Origin: an uncultured Gammaproteobacteria bacterium
GTDB taxonomy: Bacteria > Patescibacteriota > Patescibacteriia > Magasanikbacterales > UBA922
Direction of reading: 5' to 3'
NCBI GenBank assembly: GCA_964447765.1
Contig: CAYUTO010000001.1
Span: forward strand, 121,125 to 185,124
DNA: 64,000 bases
The position numbers were made by a program, and so were the translations under genes. Positions 1-10,126 of the stretch are shown one piece after another (within the stretch, counting starts at the first letter, position 1; each line of letters opens with the position of its first letter). The notes below the pieces were generated by a model. It ran no database searches. It had not been told where the DNA came from and saw nothing but the letters and a program-made list of their open reading frames with translations.

Positions 1-27
1 TTTTTTGAAATCCTGTATAAAACCCAT
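1..27 (-). CDS. N-terminal fragment (runs off window), possibly large-conductance mechanosensitive channel MscL
   Basis: ATG at 27 gives MGFIQDFKK, resembling MscL N-termini; only 9 codons visible. Confidence 0.3.
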
Positions 28-124
28 ACCTATATCTTAAGATTGAATACGCTCATTCTAACATTATGTCCTGTAAAAGAAAAGCGCCAATTCTGGCGCC
101 TTCTCTATAAGAAATGTAAACTGT

Positions 125-589
125 TTACTCCACAATGATAGTACCCACCATTCCCATTTCTCGATGTTTTCCTACACTGCAATAATATTCAAATGTTCCT
201 GTTTTGTCAGCAGTGAATTCTACCACTTCCTCCTGACCTGCACCGATCTGTTTTGTTTTTACATTGAATTCGTCGAGTACCCAGTCATGAAATCCTTCTT
301 CATTTTTGAATGTGACTCGAACTTTATCACCTTTCTTCACTCGAATCTCTTTCAAATCAAAAGCCATATTTGTCCCAACCACTGTTACGTCTACTACATC
401 TTGTTCTACTCCCACACCTACATCAACACCAAGTTCCAGTCCGCCTTCATTTGTCTCTTCTGAGCCAGAAGTCGTGTCAGTGTTTGTCTGTGTTTCAGGA
501 GCAGATGGAGTAATAGTAGTATTCGATGTCGTAGAGCAGCCAGCGCCTGCAAGAAGCAAGACAGCAATGAGTACAAAAGCTTTTTTCAT
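125..589 (-). CDS. Cupredoxin-domain lipoprotein
   Basis: Lipobox-like signal (LLLAGAGC); copper-ligand motifs H..W and YYCSVGKHREMGMVG. Confidence 0.85.
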   Translation of the reverse strand: MKKAFVLIAVLLLAGAGCSTTSNTTITPSAPETQTNTDTTSGSEETNEGGLELGVDVGVGVEQDVVDVTVVGTNMAFDLKEIRVKKGDKVRVTFKNEEGFHDWVLDEFNVKTKQIGAGQEEVVEFTADKTGTFEYYCSVGKHREMGMVGTIIVE

Positions 590-653
590 ATATGTGTATA
601 ATTAAAAATTAGACTCTAAATAGTATACTTCTATTACAACCCGGTCGTCAATA

Positions 654-1838
654 TTATTTCATTGGAACGAGCACAGTGTTTTTTTGAACTGGAATGGTAA
701 AGGAAATCATTCCATTTGTTACTGATTTTCTAAAATTTTCATCTCCCATTGAGGCTTGCCCAACAAGTGAAAGAACTGATTCACGCTCGAGAGTGTCGGC
801 TACAAATGGCTGCGTTTGTTTATTGATATGTACAGGAATCAGACTTATTTGTGTAGTCAAATTCTCGGTATCTTTTTCTAATGCCAATGAAAGCAATAAT
901 CCTTGCATGGTTTCAAGCGAAAAATATTGATCAAATACAAAATTTCCTAGGCTATAAAATATAATCCGATCTTTATATAATTCCACTGGTTGAATCACAT
1001 GAGGGTGAGCTCCAATAATCAAATCAACTCCCGCATCAATCATAGCGTACGCTTCTTCTTTCTGAAGAACAGATGGCGTACTCGTCACATATTCGTGACC
1101 CCAATGTGGGTATGCAATCAGCATATCTACCTCTGGTCGAATTCTTTTGATTTCCTCAATCACATTTTCAAACCCTTGTTCAATCAGCTGATGATGCCCT
1201 ACAAATCCAATTTTGAATCCTTTTTTTTCTACAATCACTGAAAGTTTTTGAGTTGCACGATTATTCGGATCACCAAACCACTCAATCCCCGCTTCATCAA
1301 GGAATTTTTTTGTTTGTTCCAATCCTTCAAAACCGAAATTTGTGGTGTGATTATTCGCAAGACTTACTACATCAAAATTTTCTTTGAGGGTTGTCGTCAC
1401 CTTCGGGGAAAAAGTGAAACTCAGTCCTCGTCCCCCGTTTACAATATTTGCCGTAGATTTATTTGTGGTAATTGGCCCTTCGAGATTTACCACACGGAGA
1501 TCTGCTTGTTGTAACGTAGAAGAAATCATGCGAAATGAGTACCCAAAGTCGTTATGTCTCTGTGCCAACAAAAACATGGTCCGATCAAGCATGATATCCC
1601 CTGCTGCCAGTATGGTTAGTTTATCTATTTCTTGAACTACTAGTTGAGTCTTATTATCCTCTTCAACTACTGTTTCATCTGTATTTGGGTTAGAGTCACT
1701 GAAATCTGGTGGATTAGATGGCCAGAATAACCACGTAATAACAACAGCCACGCAAGTTGCTGCGACACTAATAATTGCGAAGTATTTCCAAAAGTTGGGG
1801 TGCATATAACGACAGATTAACATAAAAACACACGACAT
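654..1838 (-). CDS. CapA/PGA_cap family metallophosphatase, membrane anchored
   Basis: GDIML, NLEGP, LANNH, HWG.EY, GAHPHV and YSLGNFVFDQ motifs; N-terminal TM; true start may be M13. Confidence 0.9.
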   Translation of the reverse strand: MSCVFMLICRYMHPNFWKYFAIISVAATCVAVVITWLFWPSNPPDFSDSNPNTDETVVEEDNKTQLVVQEIDKLTILAAGDIMLDRTMFLLAQRHNDFGYSFRMISSTLQQADLRVVNLEGPITTNKSTANIVNGGRGLSFTFSPKVTTTLKENFDVVSLANNHTTNFGFEGLEQTKKFLDEAGIEWFGDPNNRATQKLSVIVEKKGFKIGFVGHHQLIEQGFENVIEEIKRIRPEVDMLIAYPHWGHEYVTSTPSVLQKEEAYAMIDAGVDLIIGAHPHVIQPVELYKDRIIFYSLGNFVFDQYFSLETMQGLLLSLALEKDTENLTTQISLIPVHINKQTQPFVADTLERESVLSLVGQASMGDENFRKSVTNGMISFTIPVQKNTVLVPMK

Positions 1839-1861
1839 TCAATCGTGTGTTTTTATTACTT

Positions 1862-3391
1862 TTATCCTCTTGGCTCAGCCACTGGCTCTGCCATTGGTAC
1901 TGGATTAATCACCGCATCTCGGAGCATTGGTTCAAATGGCATGATCTGAATCGGCTCTTGATTTTCAAGCTCAGACAACATTTCACTCGCAAGTGGGATT
2001 ACAATCTTACTCTGCCACAATCCTTCACCTTGTAATCGGTCAAAATCTTTTACTTCTGCAATAATTGCAGGAACAAATATTTCACTTGAATTTCCATTGG
2101 CTTCATTGTACTGCCATCGGCGCATATACCCGAGTGAAGCATTTTCTAATTCACCGTCTACTGTTTTGGTAGGTTCAGCATATACTGCCATTCGAGCTTT
2201 TTCGATAATTGCTCGAAGTCTAGCCTCATCTGTTTCACCCTTATATGATGACCCACTAAAGGTCTTGGTCATGATTCCGTCGACACTCGTTACTTTCATT
2301 TCTTGTGTGTTGATATTCACACGAATTCCCATAGGTTCACCATACTCCTCATACACGGGTTGACCATTAATCATCAGCTGATATACCACGGTATGGACGT
2401 TTGAGATATAGAACGAACTCTTATCTTCTGCAGCAGCGTAGGCTACTCTCCAGCGTGAATCTACCGCTCCTTCGCCATATGAGCTCATATCGATTCCATA
2501 TTCACCAAGAAATGCATCTGCAACACTTTTCAATTGATTATCTTCAGGGACTTCATCAATTGAAAGCATGTTTGGATCAGCACACATTCCATTGACACAA
2601 TCGATTTCTCTTCGAAGTGTGTGCCATTTGGCATAGTTTTCAGAGATTGATACATATCCACCAATCATATCCACGTGTATGATATATCCTTTGTCTCGAT
2701 CTTCAGCAAGCGAAAAATTCTGTACCTGAGCTTGTTGTAATTTTCCGAGATCAAAGATACCCAGTTTTATTTTCTGTAAAATTCCTGCGTATTGTTTTGC
2801 AGCGTCAATTCCTGACTCCCTCTTCAATACTTCAATACTATCACTAAGCTCTGGCAACTCGCCAGTGAAGGTGAAATTGTAATTCGTATATACAGGATTA
2901 TAAATCATTGAAGTTGCACTTATTTTTGCTGAGTCACCGCCCATACCAAGTGCCATATTTCCAACCCCGTCTCGAGCACTCTCAGTATTGTTTGTGCTCA
3001 GTGCTACCGGTGCTAAAGGACCAAAAGCATTTGCTTCTGCTCTTACTACTTGCGTACCTCTCGTAAAGCTATTGTCCATGATTTCTGATCCCAAATTCGG
3101 ACTCATATAGACAATAGGCAATGCAATTGCGGCTGTTGCAAGCGCTCCACCAAGTGTATAGACAAATTTTGATCGGAAGAATGAGAATGTCTGTTTTTCT
3201 TGTACGGTCTCATGAGAAAATTTCTCGAGCACTTTTGTTTTCAGTTCACGAGCAAAATTCTCATCGAATTGTGTGTTTGGTTTATTTTTCATCATAGTAT
3301 CAACTATTTGTGCGATTTCCGCCTGATGATTTTTTAACTCAGGATCAATCTGATAAAGTTCATCGAGAATAAATTGAATATTTTTTTCCAT
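1862..3391 (-). CDS. Putative anti-sigma-like single-pass membrane protein with large extracellular domain
   Basis: 509 aa; short N-terminal domain, TM near aa 76-97; directly downstream of ECF sigma. Confidence 0.6.
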   Translation of the reverse strand: MEKNIQFILDELYQIDPELKNHQAEIAQIVDTMMKNKPNTQFDENFARELKTKVLEKFSHETVQEKQTFSFFRSKFVYTLGGALATAAIALPIVYMSPNLGSEIMDNSFTRGTQVVRAEANAFGPLAPVALSTNNTESARDGVGNMALGMGGDSAKISATSMIYNPVYTNYNFTFTGELPELSDSIEVLKRESGIDAAKQYAGILQKIKLGIFDLGKLQQAQVQNFSLAEDRDKGYIIHVDMIGGYVSISENYAKWHTLRREIDCVNGMCADPNMLSIDEVPEDNQLKSVADAFLGEYGIDMSSYGEGAVDSRWRVAYAAAEDKSSFYISNVHTVVYQLMINGQPVYEEYGEPMGIRVNINTQEMKVTSVDGIMTKTFSGSSYKGETDEARLRAIIEKARMAVYAEPTKTVDGELENASLGYMRRWQYNEANGNSSEIFVPAIIAEVKDFDRLQGEGLWQSKIVIPLASEMLSELENQEPIQIMPFEPMLRDAVINPVPMAEPVAEPRG

Positions 3392-3439
3392 ATATTATTT
3401 ACTACATTAAATATTAACGGGATATCCTTACACCTGTAC

Positions 3440-3465
3440 TACGTATTACTTCATCTGGAGTAACA
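3440..3465 (-). promoter_or_regulatory. Putative ECF promoter TGTTAC-N16-CGTA
   Basis: Same motif and spacing as at 4041-4066. Confidence 0.55.
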
Positions 3466-4012
3466 ACGCGATATACACTCCGAGTGGCAAGTGGGTTCGG
3501 AGTTCTTTCAGTGCTCGAGAAGCAGCCATTTTCAAACTCGCTTCACTTTTTCCGAGCACCTCAGCAATTTCCTTGTAGGTAAGCTCATCCCAGACTCGAA
3601 GGATAATAATTTCGCGTTCACGTTCTGATAATTTTTCCAATGCGATTTCTACTTTTTTGAGCATGTCTTTATTTTCTATATGCGTCTTCAAATCAGCTGT
3701 ATCTACCACATCAAAATCTTCAGGGAACCCCGTTGTTTTTTTGTTTACTCGATATTGATCTACCAGGGTATTTCTTGCAATTCGGTATAGCCATGATGCT
3801 GCCGAGCCTTTACTCGGATCAAATGATCCTACATGCTCGAGCGCTTTCATGAATGTATCTGCGACAATATCTTCGGCAGACTGCTTGTCTTTTACCCGAA
3901 AAAAGGCATAATCGTAGAGTTTTTTCACAAACCCATCATACACTTCTCCAAAAGCGGCTCGATCCCCTTTTTGTGCAAGTACAAGCTTATCCTCAAAAAA
4001 ACCTATAGCCAT
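3446..4012 (-). CDS. ECF RNA polymerase sigma-70 factor
   Basis: Region 2 (AEDIVADTF..WLYRIARN) and region 4 (LSEREREIIIL..TYKEIAEVLG). Confidence 0.95.
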   Translation of the reverse strand: MAIGFFEDKLVLAQKGDRAAFGEVYDGFVKKLYDYAFFRVKDKQSAEDIVADTFMKALEHVGSFDPSKGSAASWLYRIARNTLVDQYRVNKKTTGFPEDFDVVDTADLKTHIENKDMLKKVEIALEKLSEREREIIILRVWDELTYKEIAEVLGKSEASLKMAASRALKELRTHLPLGVYIALLLQMK

Positions 4013-4040
4013 AATACAAAATTAAAATGTGTATATAGTA

Positions 4041-4066
4041 TACGGTAAAGAACAAAAAAAGTAACA
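4041..4066 (-). promoter_or_regulatory. Putative ECF autoregulatory promoter TGTTAC-N16-CGTA
   Basis: Upstream of sigma ATG; repeated at 3440-3465. Confidence 0.55.
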
Positions 4067-4196
4067 TCAGGTCTGTTATACACATCGACGTATTTTCTCA
4101 TACACGAGAACATGTTACGCTATTACCCTCCCAGGGTTTTACGGCATACCCGAGGAGAAGTGCTACCGTCAACAATGCCGTCCAAGGAGTGGCCAC

Positions 4197-4565
4197 ATGG
4201 CCAAAGTGTTTACGATACTGATCGAGGGTGATAAAAATCCGAATGAAGGCGAAGTCTACCTGCGTCTCGCAAAGGCTCGCGACTTCTTCGGTGAATGCGA
4301 GGTGACCTTCTACGGAAGAGATTCAAAGACTAGTGAGCCTGTCCAACACTCCTTCCTTATCTGGGGTGTAGGACGAGTTCCAAAATCGATGAATCGACTG
4401 AAGATCGAAGGCTGCTACCGCATCGCTGATGAGCGTCCCTCGGTCTTGATTGAGGAGTATGACTTCTCGAAAAAGACCGGCACGATGACTTACACTCTCC
4501 CCAAAACAAAACCGGGAGAGGTGATGGAAGATACTAACTTCAACCGCGGGTTGGCTGTTGCCTAA
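4197..4565 (+). CDS. Hypothetical protein
   Basis: 122 aa ORF preceded by AAGGAG; GC-richer codon style than neighbours. Confidence 0.6.
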   Translation: MAKVFTILIEGDKNPNEGEVYLRLAKARDFFGECEVTFYGRDSKTSEPVQHSFLIWGVGRVPKSMNRLKIEGCYRIADERPSVLIEEYDFSKKTGTMTYTLPKTKPGEVMEDTNFNRGLAVA

Positions 4566-4703
4566 CCCTCGATAAACCCAGTGTCGTTATCCGCACCTGC
4601 ATTGTTCAGTCTAACAGATTGTTCAATCAGGTGCGGATGTTTTCTTATTGCAAAGAACGCCGGTATAGCGTATACTGTTTTCTTTATACCTATACCAAAC
4701 TCT

Positions 4704-5390
4704 ATGGAAGAAACAAAGAAAAAAATCGCTGTCTTTGATATTGATGGAACTATTTTCCGTTCGAATTTACATTTTGAATTGTTTAAAGCATTGGTTAAAT
4801 ATGATATTTTTCCTTCAATCGTATTGAAAGAAATCGAGGAATACCACGATGATTGGATCAATCGCCGGGGACAATATCGCGACTTTGAACAATCTCTCAT
4901 TCGTTCATATAAAAATCGTCTAACAAGAAAAGTGGTAGAAGATATTGAAAAAGTAAGTAGATACGTGGTCCAAGAAAAAATGGAGCATGTCTACGTATAT
5001 ACCAGAAACCTCATTGAAAGACTTCGAAAAGATTATGTACTACTTGCAATTTCTGGATCGCCTCGGGAAATTGTAGACGCGTTTACCATTGATTGGAAAT
5101 TTGATAAAGCCTACGGAACTATTTATGGCTCAGAGGATGGTCTATACACCGGTGAAGTTCTCTTCCCTTCGTATGAAGTAAAAGATACGACACTCAAAAA
5201 CTTTTGTGCTGAACATAATCTAAGCCTCGAAGGATCAATCGGTGTAGGTGACACCAGTGGTGATGTGGCATTTCTCAACTTGGTCGAACATCCGATTGCG
5301 TTTAATCCAAGCAAAGAATTATTTGAAACAGCAAAACAGCGTGGATGGAAAACAGTAGTAGAACGAAAAGATGTGATTTACGAAATTTAA
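4704..5390 (+). CDS. HAD-IB family hydrolase (SerB-like)
   Basis: FDIDGT, ISGS and GDTSGD motifs; start moved to MEETKKK at 4704. Confidence 0.9.
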   Translation: MEETKKKIAVFDIDGTIFRSNLHFELFKALVKYDIFPSIVLKEIEEYHDDWINRRGQYRDFEQSLIRSYKNRLTRKVVEDIEKVSRYVVQEKMEHVYVYTRNLIERLRKDYVLLAISGSPREIVDAFTIDWKFDKAYGTIYGSEDGLYTGEVLFPSYEVKDTTLKNFCAEHNLSLEGSIGVGDTSGDVAFLNLVEHPIAFNPSKELFETAKQRGWKTVVERKDVIYEI

Positions 5391-5400
5391 GATGAATTAT

Positions 5401-5437
5401 AAAAAAACACCCAGATGTACAGTCCGGGTGTTTTTTT
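5401..5437. terminator. Bidirectional intrinsic terminator
   Basis: AAAAAAACACCC...GGGTGTTTTTTT between convergent genes. Confidence 0.7.
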
Positions 5438-5446
5438 ATAATTCAA

Positions 5447-5941
5447 CTATGATGTTACTTCTGCTTCCGCGTCATTTTTCTGTTCAAATTTATGCATCAT
5501 TTTACCTTTCATTTTGGGCACATGATTTTTGGTAAATTCAATTCGTTTGTCTGCCTGCTCCTGAGTGATTACCCCACTAGCCACCAGTGTCTGCATCTGC
5601 TCTTTCATTTTTTCTTCATGTTGAGCTTTCATCTTTGTTCTAATTGTTTCTGGATCAATACCTTTCTCCTCAAGCAATTCATTCATCTTTTTTCCCTCTG
5701 CCCACGCATTTTTGATTTCATCAATGCTGAGTCCAGTAAGTTCTGCCTGATTCGCAAACATGTCTGATTGATGGCTCGCGAATTCTTCTGGATCCATGTT
5801 ATTAAAGGCAAAGAAGCCTCCTCCATGTCCACCTACCCTATTTTTTTCACCAGTTCCCATTTCCTTTGCTGATACGACTCCTGCACCTAATAGTGCAAAT
5901 GCTATTGCAGGTATTACCGCATATTTGATACTTTTTTTCAT
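5447..5941 (-). CDS. Secreted helical hypothetical protein, likely ECF target
   Basis: Signal peptide; LVASGVITQEQAD segment; ECF-type promoter upstream. Confidence 0.7.
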   Translation of the reverse strand: MKKSIKYAVIPAIAFALLGAGVVSAKEMGTGEKNRVGGHGGGFFAFNNMDPEEFASHQSDMFANQAELTGLSIDEIKNAWAEGKKMNELLEEKGIDPETIRTKMKAQHEEKMKEQMQTLVASGVITQEQADKRIEFTKNHVPKMKGKMMHKFEQKNDAEAEVTS

Positions 5942-5990
5942 AGTATTATATGTAATTATGATTTAGCATGATGTTTCCCGGGCTACATAT

Positions 5991-6022
5991 ATTACTACAC
6001 CTGTTCCCAATTATTTATTTCA
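5991..6022 (-). promoter_or_regulatory. Putative ECF promoter TGAAATAAA-N14-TGTAGTAAT
   Basis: Identical boxes and spacing at 7299-7330. Confidence 0.65.
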
Positions 6023-6718
6023 TTCTGATATTTTCCGCACCCCCATTGCCCTAATCTCATTTTCAAACCGAGGACCCATAATCATCACTCGATCTCCCGC
6101 ATGAAATTGCACATCTCTTTTGATTTGTGTCTGTGGCGTAATAATTACCATGAACATCTCATTGCGGGGATTCTGTATATCAAATCCTCTTGGGGTAATC
6201 ACCATTATCCTTCCCATATGCACTTCCTTGAACATTGGATGCCTAATATCAGGGTACCCGCCACCGACGAGTGGTATATTGAATTCTGGTGCATGTCGTA
6301 TCATGACAGTATGTAAGGGAGTACGAGCCACAATCCACCCTCCCACACATGCGATCAACACAATTAATGCTGCTGAATACACTAGTGGAGTCTTATACGC
6401 GAATGAGTATGAGCGCACTAGAATTTCTAAAATAACCAAAAATATTCCTACCAAGAGAATCAAGAGCCATGGCAGTGAGCGCAAAAAGATAATGGTTCCT
6501 CGTACCCCAAATCCTGGTGTAAATATAACCCCCGTTTCACGAAGTCCAAAAATAATCAGACTAATCAGATAAAATAATGACAATGCCAGAATAACCGAGC
6601 CTAAAATGAGTAGCACGGTTTTCAACATAAAATGCCACTTGGGACGCATTTTCAACTCCCCTTTCTTAATGGATTCAAGAATGAGGTCGATATTAATTTT
6701 TTTATTTTCTTCCTGCAT
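6020..6718 (-). CDS. Putative membrane anti-sigma factor (about 3 TM plus soluble C-terminal domain)
   Basis: Starts 3 nt after the sigma stop; three hydrophobic segments. Confidence 0.6.
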   Translation of the reverse strand: MQEENKKINIDLILESIKKGELKMRPKWHFMLKTVLLILGSVILALSLFYLISLIIFGLRETGVIFTPGFGVRGTIIFLRSLPWLLILLVGIFLVILEILVRSYSFAYKTPLVYSAALIVLIACVGGWIVARTPLHTVMIRHAPEFNIPLVGGGYPDIRHPMFKEVHMGRIMVITPRGFDIQNPRNEMFMVIITPQTQIKRDVQFHAGDRVMIMGPRFENEIRAMGVRKISE

Positions 6719-6720
6719 AC

Positions 6721-7275
6721 TTATGTATTAGAAATCATTTTTTTGAGCATTTCCCTGCCTCTCGTAATTCTGACCCCCACCGTTGAAATCGGTATTTTCA
6801 GAATCTCTGCGATTTCTTTGTATTCCAATTCTTCAAAATAAAATAACACCAGTGCTTCGCGATATTTGGGGGATAATTTTTTCATGACATCTGCTACCGA
6901 TTCAGCGTCTTCAACTTTTAGAAAATCATCTTCAAGAGTTTCGGTGGTTTTGGATGGAATTTTTACCAATGTATCAAAGTCAAAAAATGATACTGGTTCT
7001 CTCCCATTCTTCTTGATTACATTGATAAACGTATTATGCGCAATGCGGTACAGCCAGGTTGAAAATTTCTTGGTAGTATTAAAGCTTTGAATATTTTTAT
7101 AGGTTTTTATAAACACTTCCTGAACTGCATCCTCTAGATCTTCGTAGGTATACAAAAACCGCTTGCCATAACGAAGCATTTTTTGTTCATATCGATTGAA
7201 TAACGCACTAAAGGCTTCGCTGTTTCCCTGTTGTACATCCAATGCTAGTTCCTCATCCGTTCGGAGTGGGTCCAT
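6721..7275 (-). CDS. ECF RNA polymerase sigma-70 factor (SigW-like)
   Basis: EDAVQEVFIK, FSTWLYRIAHN, YKEIAEIL..STVGVRI.RGR. Confidence 0.95.
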   Translation of the reverse strand: MDPLRTDEELALDVQQGNSEAFSALFNRYEQKMLRYGKRFLYTYEDLEDAVQEVFIKTYKNIQSFNTTKKFSTWLYRIAHNTFINVIKKNGREPVSFFDFDTLVKIPSKTTETLEDDFLKVEDAESVADVMKKLSPKYREALVLFYFEELEYKEIAEILKIPISTVGVRITRGREMLKKMISNT

Positions 7276-7298
7276 AAAATGAAATTCGGGAGCTATAC

Positions 7299-7330
7299 AT
7301 TACTACAATTATATCATATCCTTTATTTCA
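7299..7330 (-). promoter_or_regulatory. Putative ECF autoregulatory promoter TGAAATAAA-N14-TGTAGTAAT
   Basis: Upstream of sigma ATG; duplicated at 5991-6022. Confidence 0.65.
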
Positions 7331-7390
7331 CCTAGTAGTCTATAATACAAAAATAGCCTTATTTAAGGCTATTTTTACACCACTTCTTTA

Positions 7391-7510
7391 TTAATCTTTC
7401 TTCTCTTCCACCTCTTCTGATTTCTCGTGTTTTTTTTCTTTCTCTTCTTTTGCGTCATCTAGCCCTGCTTTAAACCCTTTCATAAAGTTTTTTCCAGTAT
7501 TGTCTGCCAT
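7391..7510 (-). CDS. Small charged hypothetical protein (39 aa, not in ORF track)
   Basis: MADNTGKNFMKGFKAGLDDAKEEKEKKHEKSEEVEEKKD; followed by a hairpin at about 7349-7376. Confidence 0.45.
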   Translation of the reverse strand: MADNTGKNFMKGFKAGLDDAKEEKEKKHEKSEEVEEKKD

Positions 7511-7646
7511 ATCATTAGGTGTTACGTACCTACTTAACGAAGGTCTGTTTTTACTATAGTGCTATACGCTAATCCTGTCAACCCTTACTCACACGTTTCT
7601 TATGTATTTTTGTAAAAATAGAGTATAGTTGCTATGATATCATCCT

Positions 7647-8153
7647 ATGCAACTTCCCTACCGAAAACCAGGCAAATACGCCCACACCCCCATGGACCCT
7701 TTTGTTACCCAAGAAAAACTAGATGAGCTCACTCGCAAACTCGAGCGATTGTATGCAGATCGGCCACAGCTAGCAAAAGAAGTAGGACGCCTAGCAGAGC
7801 TCGGAGACTTTTCTGAAAATGTAGAATATCAACTAGCAAAAGGAAAACTACGATCAGTCAATCAGCGAATCCTTATTTTGGAAAACCAACTCAAACATTC
7901 AGAAGTTATCTCTTCCACCTCAAAAGGCACTATGATCGAACTAGGAGACACCGTCACTGTACAGGCCAATGGATCAGAAAAAACATATCAGATATTAGGG
8001 TCAAGCGAGACCAATCCACACAAAGGAATCATTTCACACAATTCCCCTATGGGAGAAGCATTAGTCGGAAAAAAAGTGGGAGACACCGTCACTATCGAAA
8101 TCGGAAAGAAAACAATCGACTATGTAATAATAAAAAAAGAGCGCCCGAGTTAG
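7647..8153 (+). CDS. greA: GreA/GreB transcription elongation factor
   Basis: GDFSENVEY and ISHNSPMGEALVGKKVGD motifs. Confidence 0.9.
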   Translation: MQLPYRKPGKYAHTPMDPFVTQEKLDELTRKLERLYADRPQLAKEVGRLAELGDFSENVEYQLAKGKLRSVNQRILILENQLKHSEVISSTSKGTMIELGDTVTVQANGSEKTYQILGSSETNPHKGIISHNSPMGEALVGKKVGDTVTIEIGKKTIDYVIIKKERPS

Positions 8154-8164
8154 CGCCTTTTTTA

Positions 8165-9370
8165 TTACTGTTGTTTTTCAATTTCCTCTGCAAGTAATTG
8201 TCGTCCTTTGACTGCCCACATCTCATGCCCACTATGTTCCATCTCTAGCGTATAATCAGTAATCAAGAGCCTTCTTTTTGCTTCATCTTTTTCTACCTCC
8301 ATTTCTAAGTATAATGTTAAAAAATCATACTGGGTTTGCAAGCGTGTTTCTTCGTCTTCCACCTGAAGCCACAAATTATTTTCAAACGCCCATACGACAA
8401 AGTCTTTATCGTTTTTCTTCTCCTCAATCATCGTAAGCAATGTTTCCTGCACTTCATCCGTTGTGGTTCCACTATAATCATTTTGCCCCAGATTATTTTT
8501 GATTCTACCAAGCGTATTATCTAGGTATTCACCCAGTTCATCTGGAATATACGGGATATCCGCGACCATATGCGCCGGACGCATCGCAAGGATAATATCA
8601 TCAGGACGTTCGGAAATTTTCATATTCGATAGCGCACTTACGAGTGCTTCTGCTTCATCAAATGATAAATCGGTTTTTACAATTTTATATACGACATAGT
8701 GAAGTGCCTTATCAATTTTTGATGGCTCATCTGGTACATACCCTACCAACATTTGTTTCAAAAATGTTGAATGATTGTGTGCGCGCTGTGGTTCACCAAT
8801 TTGGTACGCATGTCTCTGTCGAAGCCACTGGAGTGTTTCAGTAGTCGGAAGACGCAAACTTCGGAGTACTCCTAGAGTTTCTGAAAATCCCACAATCACG
8901 AGATAATCGGCTTTCATCCCAAGTATCTTTTCAATTTGATTAATACCATATTCAATTCCACCAAGCCCACATGCATTGGACACGTAATAATCAGATGACG
9001 TTGCGCCTGTACCTGGAGGAAGCGGTGAATACGTTCCACGAGGTACCGCAGTAATTGTCACCTTCTCCTCCTTAGTATCAATAGTAATCATCTGGATCAC
9101 GTCGCAGTGTCCACTGGTCTGCCCTACACGTTTATCAAGCCCAATCAAAAGCACACGCGCAATACCATCTTCACCAAATGGGTCCGCGTTATTATCACTC
9201 TCAACACGAGCGCGACGAGCATCAAGCACGCGATCAATCGCTTCTGTCCGAGCCTTCTCCATAGCCCCACCTGGGTCGCCTGCCCGAAACCACAAAATGT
9301 TCCTCCAGATATACCATCCAGTAAAACCAAGGACTAGGATAAAAATTGTAAATAGTAGTATTTTTTTCAT
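8165..9370 (-). CDS. LCP (LytR-CpsA-Psr)-like protein
   Basis: N-terminal TM; VLLIGLDKR..HCDVI..AVPRGT. Confidence 0.7.
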   Translation of the reverse strand: MKKILLFTIFILVLGFTGWYIWRNILWFRAGDPGGAMEKARTEAIDRVLDARRARVESDNNADPFGEDGIARVLLIGLDKRVGQTSGHCDVIQMITIDTKEEKVTITAVPRGTYSPLPPGTGATSSDYYVSNACGLGGIEYGINQIEKILGMKADYLVIVGFSETLGVLRSLRLPTTETLQWLRQRHAYQIGEPQRAHNHSTFLKQMLVGYVPDEPSKIDKALHYVVYKIVKTDLSFDEAEALVSALSNMKISERPDDIILAMRPAHMVADIPYIPDELGEYLDNTLGRIKNNLGQNDYSGTTTDEVQETLLTMIEEKKNDKDFVVWAFENNLWLQVEDEETRLQTQYDFLTLYLEMEVEKDEAKRRLLITDYTLEMEHSGHEMWAVKGRQLLAEEIEKQQ

Positions 9371-9442
9371 GACGCCTATTGTACTTAGTTATATCAAAAA
9401 ATACAACGCCACCTTGGACACTTATCTTGTTCAGGCTGTGGA

Positions 9443-10126
9443 TTATTTGATAGCAATTGGGTAGAGCGATTGTGCCCCCTTCTGTTCCCTATGGAAAAAT
9501 CCATATATCAATCTATACCCCCAATGGGTCAAAAATACCATACTTCCCGTATAGATAGGCCACAAAACGGTATATCCCCACTTAGGCAAAAATGAGACAC
9601 AGGGAGCAAACACACAATTTACATTCTCACCTACCGGAGTGAATAATACGACCGAGGTATACATAATAGCGCAATATAGGGCTGAATAGGATAATGATAT
9701 CAGACGTGGTTTTTCTTTGCGCAAAAACCACAAGGTACCTATGGGAAGCAACACATGCACCATAAGTGCAATAGTTTTTGCATAATTGAATGACCCTTCA
9801 AACATATAGCTTGTAATAGTCAACGCTTCGAAACCAAGTATATGACTTATAAATCCAATCAACCATAACATCTGAATCACGATTCCTACCTGCAAAATAC
9901 CTATCACCATTTGTTTATGCCCTTTGTAATATGCATATGAATATAGAATTGCCGCATGATTACAAAACCAAAAAATATCAGACCCTTTTTTTGGACTAAA
10001 CAGATATTCCGACAACACAAGGGCTTGGATTAAGATGAAAAACAAGATGTACCAAAAATTCTTTATTTTTTCTCCACCCCTTTCATTCATCGGAACGAGT
10101 ACATTGTCCGCATGAATTGTAAGCAT
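9443..10126 (-). CDS. Polytopic membrane hypothetical protein
   Basis: About 6 hydrophobic segments; WFCNH and NVNCVF motifs; start uncertain. Confidence 0.7.
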   Translation of the reverse strand: MLTIHADNVLVPMNERGGEKIKNFWYILFFILIQALVLSEYLFSPKKGSDIFWFCNHAAILYSYAYYKGHKQMVIGILQVGIVIQMLWLIGFISHILGFEALTITSYMFEGSFNYAKTIALMVHVLLPIGTLWFLRKEKPRLISLSYSALYCAIMYTSVVLFTPVGENVNCVFAPCVSFLPKWGYTVLWPIYTGSMVFLTHWGYRLIYGFFHREQKGAQSLYPIAIK

